A stretch of DNA of 64,000 bases, from NCBI GenBank assembly GCA_002104945.1, contig MCFH01000012.1, positions 496,001 through 560,000 on the forward strand, in the 5' to 3' direction. Made by a program: the position numbers and the translations under genes. Each line of letters starts with the position of its first letter. Position 1 is the stretch's first letter. The DNA comes from Piromyces finnis finn (taxonomy: Eukaryota > Fungi > Neocallimastigomycota). A model generated the notes under the pieces. That model made no database searches and was not told the origin of the DNA. It worked only from the letters and a program-made list of their open reading frames with translations. Shown piece after piece: positions 12,132-28,900 of the stretch.

Positions 12132-14283
12132 GGGACTATAAGGTAACCTTACAAACTTTACTGCTTTTTTTTGATGGGCTATTAAAGCTTTATAAATGCT
12201 AACCCTTCATTCAACAAAGGTTAGATGTTTCTCATTAAAGGTTAGATTATTAATTTTTTAAATAAATTAAACATTATTGAACTTTATTCAAAAAAGTTAA
12301 TACAAATTCAATATTGACGAATGAACATCGAGTATTATATATTAGAAATATCAAAATTAATATATTTAAATTAAAATCAACACTTTAAACTTTAATAAAT
12401 AAAATTTAATCTATTTTATGTACGTAAATACATTATTTACATTTACATTTTCAATAATGAATATTTATAATGTAATATATATTAATTAATCCCTTATATA
12501 ATCAATACTATTCTAATATATTAATGTTTTATACAAATTATATTAAATATAAATTAAAATGCTTCATTTATTTTGTAGGTTATACAAATTTATTTGATAT
12601 CATTTTATATATGTACCAATATATTCAATCAATATAAACAATTGAATTTAATATATGATGTTTAGATAATAAAGTAAAATAAATATAAAATTTTGATGAA
12701 TGCTAATTAAAAAATTGAATTTTACAATTCTAACCCTTATAATAAGTATAAACTTTTTTTTAATTAAATAAATAATAAATATTTCTTTTTTTTTTTTCCC
12801 TTCTTTTTATTATTATTTTTGTAATTTCATTGGGAACTTTTTTTTAAAATTTAACCAAAAGCACAACCACAAGCACACATATTTTGATATATATATTTTT
12901 AATTGTAAATTAAATTCATATATAAGAAAGCTATTAAATAGTATATATTTATATTTCAAGTCTAGTACCAAATAATCTTTTATCATATATATTATTATAA
13001 AGTTATTGTTTTCTTTTTTCTTTTTTTTTTTTTAATGTACATTTGAACATTTTTTTTGAAAAAAAAAAAAAAGAAAAAGGAAAAGAAAAAAGAATTATTA
13101 CTATTTATATATTTTAGTAATATCTTCATACTTTTAAATTTAACAGCTGAAATTGTATGATATAACTATTGATAAAACAATAACTAATAATAATAATATA
13201 TAATATAAAAGTGAAATTTAATTAAGAAAGAATTGAAATATACATATATATTTATTTATTAAAAAAAAAAAAAAAAACACATATACACAAAAAAAATAAA
13301 GAATAAAAAGTATATATCTCTTTTATATTTATTTTTCTATACTATAAAGAATATTAAATAGAGTGGGGTTATTATTTATCTTTAAAAATAGAGTTTATAC
13401 ACCATTCAAAAATAATAAATTTTAATACTAAGAGTACTTTACTTTCTTTCAATAACCAAATATTCTAATAAAACTATTATTGATAATAAAAGATAAATAA
13501 TATATATATATATATATTTTTTTTTCGAAGCAATGTTGTCATTCCAGTATTTTAACTATCAATTTTAATAAAAAAAATAAATGTAATTTATGTATATTGA
13601 CTAGAACAATTATTTATCGATAGTTTGATAAACAACATTTTAACCTTTTAATTATAATTATGGGAAATTTTATTATCAAGTAAACAATAAAACAGGAAAA
13701 TAGTTTTTTTTTTAAAGTTTTCATTGAATGTTTTAACAAAATTTATTTTAAAAATTCAAAGCCATTTCAAATTAATAAATTAACAATTTCAATGTCCATT
13801 TTTTTATTTTATTGTTTTAAAAAAGTGTGACGAGAAATTTAAATTTAAAACTTTATATTTCATTTCCAAATAAAACTTGATAAAAACAAAACAAAAAAAA
13901 AAAAAAAAAAAAAAAAAAAAAGCAATAATCAGTAAATATAAAATAGCTTAACATTATTTTTAACATTTTATTTTATTTTATTTTTTTTAAATTTCAAAAC
14001 ATAGTTATCAAACAAAATATAAACATTTTTTATTGATTATTTTTTATTTAAAAATATAAATATTACAAACTAACTTCTCTACCTGTTGTATATTATATAT
14101 ATGTATACATAAATTATAAAACATTTTTTTAGTTTTATTATTAAATAAATATAGTTTGGCAGTTGTATATTTAAAAAAACAACTTATTATAACAATATAT
14201 TTAATTTTAATATATTCAGTATCTATTATATATATATAAACAAGCAAAAACAATAAAATTCAAAATTCTTTTAAACAATAAAA

Positions 14284-17161
<2,878 letters not shown>

Positions 17162-20100
17162 TCCTAATTTATATGAATATTTTATTAACATGTATCTTAT
17201 TCATTTTTTCTATATCCTTTGTTCATTCATTACAAAAATTAATCACACCACCACCACCACCACCACCATAGCATTAAATTATTATAAAACAAAACTATAG
17301 AGTATAAAAAAGAAAACTATTTCCATATTTACAAATATACATTATAACTTTTTTTTTTTTTATTTTCCTCTCAATCTTTTTTTTTTTTTTCCAATTTTTT
17401 TATCGTAATATATATTAATGTCACCATCATTTAATGTTCAATCCTAATTTATGTTAATGAAAATTATTTTAAATAGCGACTGAAATAAGTAAAAAAAAAA
17501 AAAAATACCTTTTTTATGTTTATAAATAAAAGAAATAAATCTATATCTATATATACAAATGCAAATCTATTCATATATACGTAAATACAACACTTTAAAG
17601 GTGATCCATGATATCCTGTAATAAAAATCTAAAGACATTTTTAAAAAAAAAGTATATTAAAAAAAAAAAAAGGTAAAAAAGAGTTTATGTGGAAGAAAAT
17701 CTAAAAAAAAAAAAAAGTAAAAATTAAAAAATCCATATATCTAAATAACAGAATTCACATAGATATTTAAAATAGGTTGTTATTTGGTTGTTATAGATAG
17801 CTTTTTATTCTTTTTATTTTTTATTCTTTATTTTTTTTTTTAAAAAAAAAACAATAACAACACTATAAAAAATATTTATCTAGGATATATGTTGACTTTT
17901 TTTTTTTTTATAAATTTCTTTCTGTTTAAATATAAATTCTTTTTTTTTTTTTTTTACATCAATACTTTTTTTTAAAGGTACTGCATAAACTATACATAAA
18001 ATATTATTAAATAAAAAAAAAAAAAAGAAAAAATCAATTGTTTTTTGAAGCATAAAGCATTTTATTTTTAAAAATAGACTTTCTTTTAATACAATCGACA
18101 ATTATAAACAATACCAATAGCATTCCTTTTTTTTTTTTTTTAAAACAACAACCTAAAAGGCTTCTTTTTTTTTTTAAAATTTTTTTAATTTTTACTAAAA
18201 AGGAAAAAATAATATAATATAAATAATATATTAAATGATTATATTGTAATATATTAAATAATATATTAAATTTTTAAAGAAATTTTATATTAAAATTTTA
18301 AAAAAAAGTACAATGATGAAGGATGCTTACAAAGGTGAAAGAAAAAAAGTTTTTAACGAGGATTCATTTTTTATTATTGAATAAAGCAAGAATAAATAAA
18401 ATAAGAAGAATTAAAATTTATTTTTTTTCATTAATTATTTATTCTTTTTCTAATATCATTGTTTCATTGTAATATTTAAAATATTCCTTATTCATTATCC
18501 TAATTCAAAAGATAAAGCTTTTATTTGTTAAAAAAAAAAATATTATATTTGTAAGAAAAGAAAAAATAGATTCTTTTTTTTTTTTTTTTGATAAAGTTAT
18601 GTATGCATAAGGTTATGTAGAGTTTTATAATTTAAATTGTATCATTTCATATTTTAGATAATAAAAAAGTATAAATCTTAAAAAAAAAATAAATGGATAA
18701 TAAGCTGTCATCTTATTTATTATTATTATTATTTTTTATCTTTTTTATTTCATGAATTCTATTCATTATACTATTATAATTACTACTTTATGTAAAAAAA
18801 AATAATTATAAATTATAAACATTTTTCTTTTTTTTTTTTTTTTTTTTATAGAATTAAATAAAAAATAAAATTAGTTGAAAGACAATTTTTTAAATATTTA
18901 ATTCAAAATTTTAATATAAATTATTATTATTATTTTTTTTAAAAAAATAAAGTTTTTTTTTTTTTTTTTAATAATTAATATTTTATTGAATTCAGAAAAA
19001 AAAAAAAAAAAAGTGAATCGGTAGAATATTATCAATTTAGAAAAAAAGAAAATTGTAGGTATTCATTATGTAATATTGAAAAAAAGGTCTTATTTGTATT
19101 TTTTTTTTTAAACAAAAAGGATAAATTTCAAAAAAAAAAAAAAAAAAGATTTAAAAAGAGGCGGAAAAATAAAATATAGGGTAAATAGTAAAACAAGAAT
19201 ATAGTAATAACATCAACAATAACAACAAACAACAAGTAAGAAAAAAGAAACATTTAATCTTTAGAAAACAACTCAAAAGTAAAACAAATATTAACGAAAC
19301 GGAACAAAATAAATATATACCTATGTATATATATATATATTTAGAAATTATAAATGATAACTATTGACTTTTAAATGAATAAATAATAAAAATATTAATA
19401 AAAATCTTTATTGACAATAATAACATTGAAAAAGTTATATATATACAAATGTACATTCATACTAAAAATTACTCAAAAAAAAAAAAAAAAAAAAAAAAAA
19501 AGACGAAGAATACAGAAAAAAAAAAAAAAAAAAAGGAGGATACTTGATTAATAAATATGTACTTAGTATTCAAATAATCATTTCAATTAAAATATCAAAA
19601 TTATAAAAATCACATATATATTTAATTATTTTTATTTTTCCATTTTAAATGACACTTTTAAAAACATTATTATTTCTTATTTTATAAAATGCCATTCTTT
19701 AAAAAGTTCAAATCATAAAATCATAACAAATTTATATTTTTGTTGAAATTATACCCAATAATGTCATTTTTTTTTAAATGGATAAACCATTTTATAATAA
19801 TCTATTTTTTTATCAATTTTTATAGTATATAGGAAAAAATTAATCAATTCACTATTTTAATATAAAATAAATAATAGTAAAAAAAAAAAAAAAAAAAAAA
19901 AGTTTTTATTTTTTTATAAAATTAATTTGTATGCTAACATTTCATTGAATATATTATTTAAATTTTTATTATATATGATAGGATGTTTCAATAAATTTAA
20001 ATACATAAAAAATACATTTTTATTTATCCTATTAAATATTGATTATTCAAGTCAATATTACCATACCATATTTCATATAACATACAGTAATAGTAAAAAT

Positions 20101-20380
20101 TAAATAAAAATAAAAGGATTTTCCTTTTTTTTATTTTATCATATATTTTTATTTTTTATATCTTTATATTATATATAATATATATTGTATAAATTTATTT
20201 TGACGAAATATACCAAAAGAAAACAAACAAACAAATAAGAAAATAACAACAACAACTGTAGAATATTAAAAGGAAAAAACAAAACAACAAAAAAAAATCA
20301 AGATATAATTATTATATAAAAATTATTGATATCAGTATAACTGTAGCAGTATACCATAATTAAACAATAAAATAAAATAA

Positions 20381-20438
<58 letters not shown>

Positions 20439-20449
20439 TTAATAATAAA

Positions 20450-22036
20450 ATGTCGAGTACACCATTAAATAAATCTTCAACAAACTCACCAATTATGGGG
20501 AGTAGAAAAAATTCATTAATTAGTAATAATGATTCTTCACCTGGTCGTCGTAAAGCTTCTTTTGTTGAACGTACAAGTGCCGCAATAGAAGCAAAATTCT
20601 CACCAAATATGCTTCGTAAAGGTTCATCTCATTCTGTTCATTCCATTGCTTCTTCACCAGTTATCGATAAAAGTGGAAGTAGTTCAACTACAGAAGATGT
20701 TCAATATTCTATGACTGTTTCTGATTATGAAATTGGAAATCCAATCGGTAAATCTTTTTTTTTTTTATCCAAACTTTCTAAATATATAAAATATCGTGTG
20801 AAATAAAAACAAAAACCAAGCCAACCAAAAAAAGAAAAAATGAAATTTAAATAATAATAATAATAATAATAAATAGATGAATAATCAAAATAATAATAAT
20901 AATACTAAAAAAAAAATCGAATATTTATAAAAAAAAATAATAGTAAACAGAAAGCAAATTTAATATTATAATATTACAATTTTTTTAATATCCTTTTCTT
21001 TTTTTTTTTTTTTTTTTTTGTGAAATTTCAGGTTATGGTTCATCAGCTGTTGTATATATTGCTAAATATAAACCATTAAATAAAAATGTTGCTATCAAAA
21101 TGATAGATTTAGATATGTTTGAACGTAATCAAATTGATGAATTAAGAGTAAGTATTGCTTATTGAAAATAAATTAATAAAACTATAAGTATATAAAATAT
21201 AAAAATAGTATGTGATAAGTCCATGTTATTAAAAAAAATAAAAAAAAATTATTTGTATCATTTATTATAATATAAATCAACTTCTTTTTAATTTATTTTC
21301 ATAAATAACAGAGAGAAATTCAAATTATGAATTTATGTAGACATCCTAATCTTTTAACTGTTTTTGGTTCATTTGTTAATGGTTCAAAATTATATATTGT
21401 TACACCATACTTATCAGCTGGTATATATTCACGACTCTAAATAATAAAATGAAACTGACTATAATTATTTAGTTTCTTTTCTTTTCTTTTTTTTTGCTTT
21501 ATACTATTAACTTTTATTTTATTTTATTATATTTATCCCAAAATTTTTAATTAATATATAGGTTCATGTTTAAATTTAATGAAATATGCTTATCCTGATG
21601 GTTTTGAAGAATTGGTTATTGCAACAATTTTAAAGCAAGCATTACAAGGTTTAGATTATCTTCACAAGAGTAAATTAATTCATCGTGATGTTAAAGCAGG
21701 TAATTTATTAATTGATGAAGATGGTTTAGTACGTTTAGGTGATTTCGGTGTTAGTTCATCATTAATGGAAACTGGTGAACGTAAAGGTTTACGTAAAACA
21801 TTTGTTGGTACTCCATGTTGGATGGCTCCAGAAGTTATGGAACAATCCGGCTATAATTATAAAGCAGATATTTGGAGTTTTGGTATCACTGCTTTGGAAT
21901 TAGCTACTGGTCATGCTCCATTTGCTAAATACCCTCCAATCAAGGTATTTTTTTTTTTTTTTTTTTAGAATAAATAAATAAATAAGCATATAAATAAATA
22001 AATAAATATATATATAAATATATAAATAAATAAATA

Positions 22037-22077
<41 letters not shown>

Positions 22078-22381
22078 AAAATAAAAATTTTATAATGAAT
22101 ACTATTAATTTTATTTTATGATGTTAATAAATACTTTATTTTTTATTAAATAAATGAAATAGGTTTTGATGTTAACTTTACAAAATGAACCACCAACCTT
22201 AGATAGAGATCAAGCAAGTCATAAATTTTCAAAGACTTTTAAGGAAATGATTGATTCTTGTTTAATTAAAGATCCTACTAAACGGTTAATATACTTTTTT
22301 TTATTTATGAATTAAATAACTAATTAATTATATAAATATTATCATCATTGTCATCGTTAATATAATCATTATTAATATTAA

Positions 22382-22432
<51 letters not shown>

Positions 22433-24303
22433 TACTACTACTATTTTTAAAATTTTTTATTTATTTAAATATTAAAAAGTCCAACATCTGAAAAATTACT
22501 TCAACATCCATTCTTTAAGCAAGCTAAAAAAAAGTCTTATTTAGTATCTACAATTTTACAAAATATAGTTCCATTAACTCAAATTACACACATTAAAAGT
22601 AAGAAAAAGAATTTTTTATATTATATTACATTTTAATTGATATAAAATAAATATAATAGAAACAACAATAATAAAAAAAAAAGTTGTTGCTAATAATGAT
22701 TCTCTTTTTTTTTTCTTGGATTATTCATTATATAATTAGAAACTCCACAACCAAAGGTTAGTCATGAAAAGGGAATTTCATGGGACTTTGATAATGATTC
22801 AAATATAAGTACTACTACATCTAAAGAAGATATCACACCAAATTCAGTTGAATCTAGTTCTGAAGTATTAAGTAATACTTCATCAAAGAAAGTCTCTCCA
22901 GAACCTTCAAATGAACAATTAAATTTAAAGATAGTTAAATTTAATGAAGAACAAAATAGCAATACTACAAGTTAATATTTTTTTTTTTTTTTTTTTTTTT
23001 TTTTGAAATACATTATAATATATATAATTCAAATTATTTATTGTATACTTTTTTTTTTTTATATTTTATTAAAAATATTTCTATATATTATATTTAAAAA
23101 ATAGACACAGTTAATAATACCTTACCAAGAAAGAGCAGATTTATTATTGATTCTGATATAAATACTAGTGCTAGTGCTATCAATTCTGCTTCTGTAAGTG
23201 AATCAACACCTGCCACAGCTAGTACTCAAAATACTGAAATTAAAAAGGGAAGATTTAGTTTACTAGAATCTATTTCTACTTCTTCTTCTACCACAGATAA
23301 TAATAATAGTACTATAAATGGTAATAGTAATAATCGTTCAAATAGTGATGTTACTGAAGGTGGAGGTAGGAATAAATTAATATTTTTTATTTATTTCAAT
23401 TTTATAATAATGGTATTATTTATTGAAACACTGTATATATTATATATATTTTGAATATAGAAAAGAAAGGTAGATTTGAAGTTCAAACATCCCCAACTAT
23501 ATCTAATGAAGTTTCTAAACATGGTAGATTTACAATGGAAATTAATTCAGCTCAACCAGGTAATTTTTTTTTATCTCGATTTTTTATATATATTATAACA
23601 ATAGGAATACAATGAAACCCTTAATACAATAAAGATTATATTCTTTCTATCAGTATATTATTTATTTACTAAATCATATCATATTTAAATTTATTTAAAA
23701 TTAGTGAGTAGTGATAGTCAAAAGCAACTAAATGACCGTTTAGATCTTATGTTGAAACAATCGGAACGTCAATGCTTTATGTTAAATGAATTAATGATAT
23801 CTTTAGCTATTAAACCAAATTTACAACAAAAAAATTCTCAAGATAATGTTAATGCAAAAAAGTAAGTAAAATACTGTTTTTTTTTTTTTTTTCTGGACTA
23901 CTATTATTAATTATTAATATATCTATCTTTTATTTTTAACTAAATTATTAATAAATATATTAATATATAATTGTTAATTAAAATATACTTTATTATGTTG
24001 CATTATAGTTCAAATGTTTTTGATACTGTTGTAAGCATACTTTTCAATATCTTAATTATTCTTATTTTTTATTATTATATAAATAAATATTTATTTTTCC
24101 CCATATATATATATATAATTTTATTTTTTCTTTGATAGAATACTTTAAATGATCAAATTCAAAGCTTAATGAAGGAAATTGAAGGATTACAGAAAGAAAA
24201 TGAAAGCATTAGAAGTGAATTAGAAAATAAAGAAAAGATGAATAAACAACTTTTATCGGAAATTGAACAATTAAAGAAAAAAAATGAAGAACTACGGACT
24301 TAA
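20450..24303 (+). CDS. STE20-family GCK-VI kinase (OSR1/SPAK/Fray-like) with C-terminal coiled coil, ~12 exons
   Basis: [102 protein letters not shown] are diagnostic of OSR1/SPAK. The last exon 24139-24303 is coiled-coil-like and ends in TAA. Confidence 0.9.
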
Positions 24304-24969
24304 AAAAAACTTTTTTCCTTTCAAAACTAGAATATCATTGAAAGCAAATCAAATAGTAATAAAAATAATCAAAAAAAAAAAAAAAAAAGATGAAAATAAA
24401 ATGCACAGTAAAAAAAAAAAAAAAAAAAAGTGAAGACTAAAAACAAAAAATAAAACAAAAACAAAAACATACAAAAGAATGAGCAAATAAATAATAATAA
24501 TAATAAAAAAAAAGTTTCTTTTATTTTGAATATAAAACAGGAAAAGAAAAATAAAAGAAAAAAAAATTTAAAAAATTTTCAATATTATCAATTTAATAAT
24601 AATATAATTATTTTTATTTTTATTATTTTTTTTTTTTTTTTTTTTTTTATTTTCTTTTAATATTTTTATTTTATTTTTATTTTATTCATTTTTTTTTTTT
24701 TATATAAATCTTAAAATAACAAATTAAACCTTTTTCACCTACCATAATTAATAATTATAGAATATACTTTTGAAATTAAAATTACATAAATATTAAATAA
24801 ATAAAATAACAGAAGAATAATGAAGAAATAATAAAATAATAATGATAAAAGTATTTTTTAGTTGTAATACAAAAGAAAATTTATATTTCAATACTTTTTT
24901 TTTTTTTCTTAAAAATTATTTAAAAAAAAAAAAAAAAAAGCTGGTTATAACAAAAATATAATACATGAC

Positions 24970-25001
<32 letters not shown>

Positions 25002-25959
25002 TGACTTTACTCTTTCATAGTAAACCAAAAATAAAAAAATAAATGGATAATCTTTTTTTTTTTTTTTATAATTAAATTTTTATTTATATTTTTTTTAATA
25101 AATATTATTACTAATATTATTTTTTATAATATTTAATGTAAATAAACAAAATAAAATAATAAAAATTAATAAATACAACTGTTCAAATAACTAACTCTAT
25201 TTTTAAGCAATAATGATAATATTTTAAAAAAAAAATAAAAAAAGAAAAAACATCCACATTTTTTTTTTTTTTTTAAATACTATTGTACTACTTGAACTTT
25301 ATTTTTTTTTATTGAAATTTTCCGAATTTTTTTTAAAACTTTTTTTTTTAAAAAACAAATGATAGAATTGATAGAAATGAATATACATATATAAATATAT
25401 AAATATATTTCAAATATTTATCTTACAAGTATTGTTATAAGAATACATTTAGAATGTAATTGATAAAGAGTATATATTCATTTTATATATATATATTTTA
25501 AATTATAAAAATAATTAAAGATCGAGCTATTTCAAAGTATATAAAAAACATTTTTGATTATTTTTACAATTTAAAAAAAATGGAATATTTCGATTTCTTT
25601 TTTAATATAAAGTTTTTATAATAATTAATACCTTCTCTTCCTATATTTCTTTCCTTTTTAATAAAAAGTATAAAGAATTTTATTTAATATCGAAAAAAAA
25701 AAAAAAAAATTTTATTTTTTATTTCTCGAAAATTTAATTATTAGAATTTTAATGATTAAAAATTTTAATTAGATAAAAACTAGGTAGCTAGGTAACTCTA
25801 TAGATATATATAGAGATACTTTAATATTTTATATTTTAAATTGTATGTATAAAAAATAATTGATTATTTTATTTTTTTTCCATTTTAATAAATATTTTAT
25901 GTAAAAAAAAAAGTAAAAATTCAAAAATTCAAATTCAAAAAATTAAAGGAAAAAATTTT

Positions 25960-28900
25960 ATGTTAAAAGCAAATAATGGCAATATTAAAATTAATCCTAC
26001 TAAAAATGAAAAAGTAAAAGAAAATAAATCAAAGGTTAATGATGATGATGATGACTATAAGAATTTATCCTCGAAAACCAAATCACTTATTAAAAACGAA
26101 TTCAAAAAAAATAAAAAGGTAAATAATTAAAAAAAATTATAAACTAGATATTTGAAATTCTATGATGGTTACGCTTACTATTTGTGATTTTAACGATGAT
26201 GAGAATTAAGAAAAAAAAAATATTTACAAAACATTTATTAATTAAAAATATATATTTTCATATATTTTATACCGTATACAAATGAATGAATATATATATT
26301 ACCTTGGGTAATAGGAAAATCTATCGGATATTCTTTCTACCTTAAATGATTTTATTGATATTGTCAATAATTTTAATGATTTTGATTGTTCATACAGAAA
26401 TGAACTTAGTTTTCTATTATGGAAAAGGTATAAATTATATTTTTTGCTGTTAATATACATTTTTATTGTTTGTGTAGATACGAATGAAATAATTCGATTT
26501 TAAATATTATTTTACCGTTCTTTTTTATACAGATCCGAACAAAGGAATGTTAAATCTTTATTTCAATGTTTAAAACATGAAAACTTTATAGAAAAAGTAA
26601 CACAATTCTTTGATGAAGAATATTATTATGATATTGAAAGTGAGGTAATACTTTTTTTTATTGAAATGAATAATTGTTACACTTTATTCAATATATATAT
26701 ATTTTTTTAAAAAAAAAAAATGTATATTTATTATAATTCTTAATATTTAAATCATTTTATAAAGGTATTACAAAATATCCTTAACTTATTTATTGAATTA
26801 ATAACACCGACTTATTATGAGGAAGATAAAATAAATGATAATATTTCAAAATGGACATTTGGTATTCATGAACTTTTCTCGGATTATGATCCCTTGCCAT
26901 TATATCAAGAAGAAAATGATCTTATTAAAGTATATTAATAAGATTATTATTATTATTATTATTATTATTATTTTTTTTTTTTTTTGATTTAAAATAAATT
27001 TTTATATTCAACTATTAATTGTATTATTTATTTCAATAATTATTTATTCTATGTATATAGGAAAGAATTAATATATTGTATGAACATCCAAGTAATATTT
27101 TCAATAGATTTTTATCGAGACTCTTTTTTATTTTTATTATTGATGAAAGTGATAAAAATACTACAATTAGTAGTAAAAATGAATTGAATGAATGTAGATT
27201 TGTAGTAAAATTTTTATTATTAGCATGGAAATTTGGTGATAAAACTATTTTATCGAAAATGAAAAAATTATCGTATAATGATGTGTAAATATAACTTTTT
27301 TTTTTTGTAAAATATATATATACAAATAATGAATAATAATAATATTAAAAATTAACAAACAAAAACAAAATCAAAAACAAAAAAAAAAACATTATATTAT
27401 TATTATTATTATACCTTTATTATTATATAATACAGATCAATATCTGATTTATTATCTGTTGCTATTTGGAGAATAATTACAGAATATGACATATATAATT
27501 CAAAACAAGTATCGAAAACATTTTGGATGGTAGTATACTTATTTGATAATATAAATGAAGGGTAATAATAATTATTTTTATCTTTATATAGTATATTGAA
27601 GGAGAAATAATTATAAAAAAAATAATTATCATTTCATATAATTAATTATTTTTATAATATCAACATATTCCCCATATTTATATATATATATTATGTAATC
27701 AAATACAATTAAATAAATATGTAAAAAAAAAAGAAATCCAATTCAACACTTTTTATATGTTTCCTTGGCTCATTTATTTATTAATAAAGAAAGCATGACA
27801 TCATTAGATAACTTAACCGAAGAAGATGTTGATATTGATTTTAAATCGATTACCGAAAAAATTTTTTATTTTTCATTAAAAAATTATAAAAACATTTTGA
27901 TAAATAAAGAACTTACATTTAAAATGTTAAAGAAAATTGATGAAAGAGAAGATGTTAATAATTTATCCCTTGCTATTATTAAATATTTTTCACTTCAGTA
28001 ATGTATCATTAATATATAACATAATTAATAATAAAAAACAAAACAAAAGTAAAGGGAATTCATATTAATATATATTAATTTATTTTTTCTTTTTATTTTT
28101 TTTATAGATTATCAAACATTAAGAAAGTAAATGAACATAGCCCTTTGAAATTTATTAATAAAGAACTTTTATGGATTTTAATTAATGCTAAAAGTATGGT
28201 AAGTGTGTTGAATATCTAAAATAAATATTTTTGAAATAAAATAGATAAAAATCTTTGCATTAAGGAAAAAAATAATAATAATTAGTTTAATAGGTGTATA
28301 AAATAAAATATTTACCTGAAAACTATAGAATTAAATAATTTTTTTTTCCTATTTATGATTATTTATAAAATTTTATTACTATTATTATAAATAATAATTA
28401 GAATATAAACCTTTCGAAAGCAATTAGTCCAGATGGATTCTTTAATGATAATTATTTAAATACAAATTCATCTACATATCGTATTTATTCCACAATATCT
28501 TTTAGTCAAAAACCTCTTTTATACAATCTTGAAGTATTATTATGTACTTATTATATTGAAAAAAGTTCAATGATTGAATTAACATCGTTATTTTTAGATG
28601 AAATCAAAAATATAAAAGTTGAAGTTTTAAAAAAAGATAATAAGAAAATGATATTATACAATGAAAATAAACATAAAAAATATCAACTTTTGAAAAGAAA
28701 ACATGAAAATAAAAAAAATAGTATAAAAAATTCAAAAGAAGTAGTAAGTAATAATAAGGATAGTGATAATAATAGTAATAGTAATGAAATAACAACCAAA
28801 AAAAATTTATCCTCTAAACAAAAATTGAATAAACATTATCCATCTACTGAACATATCGAAGAAAGTTTATTATCTATTGAGGAATGGAGAGAAAATTTCT

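Noticed and set aside
18311-18380. AATGATGA-initiated C/D snoRNA candidate
   Set aside because: No downstream CTGA D box, no terminal stem and no recognisable rRNA complement.
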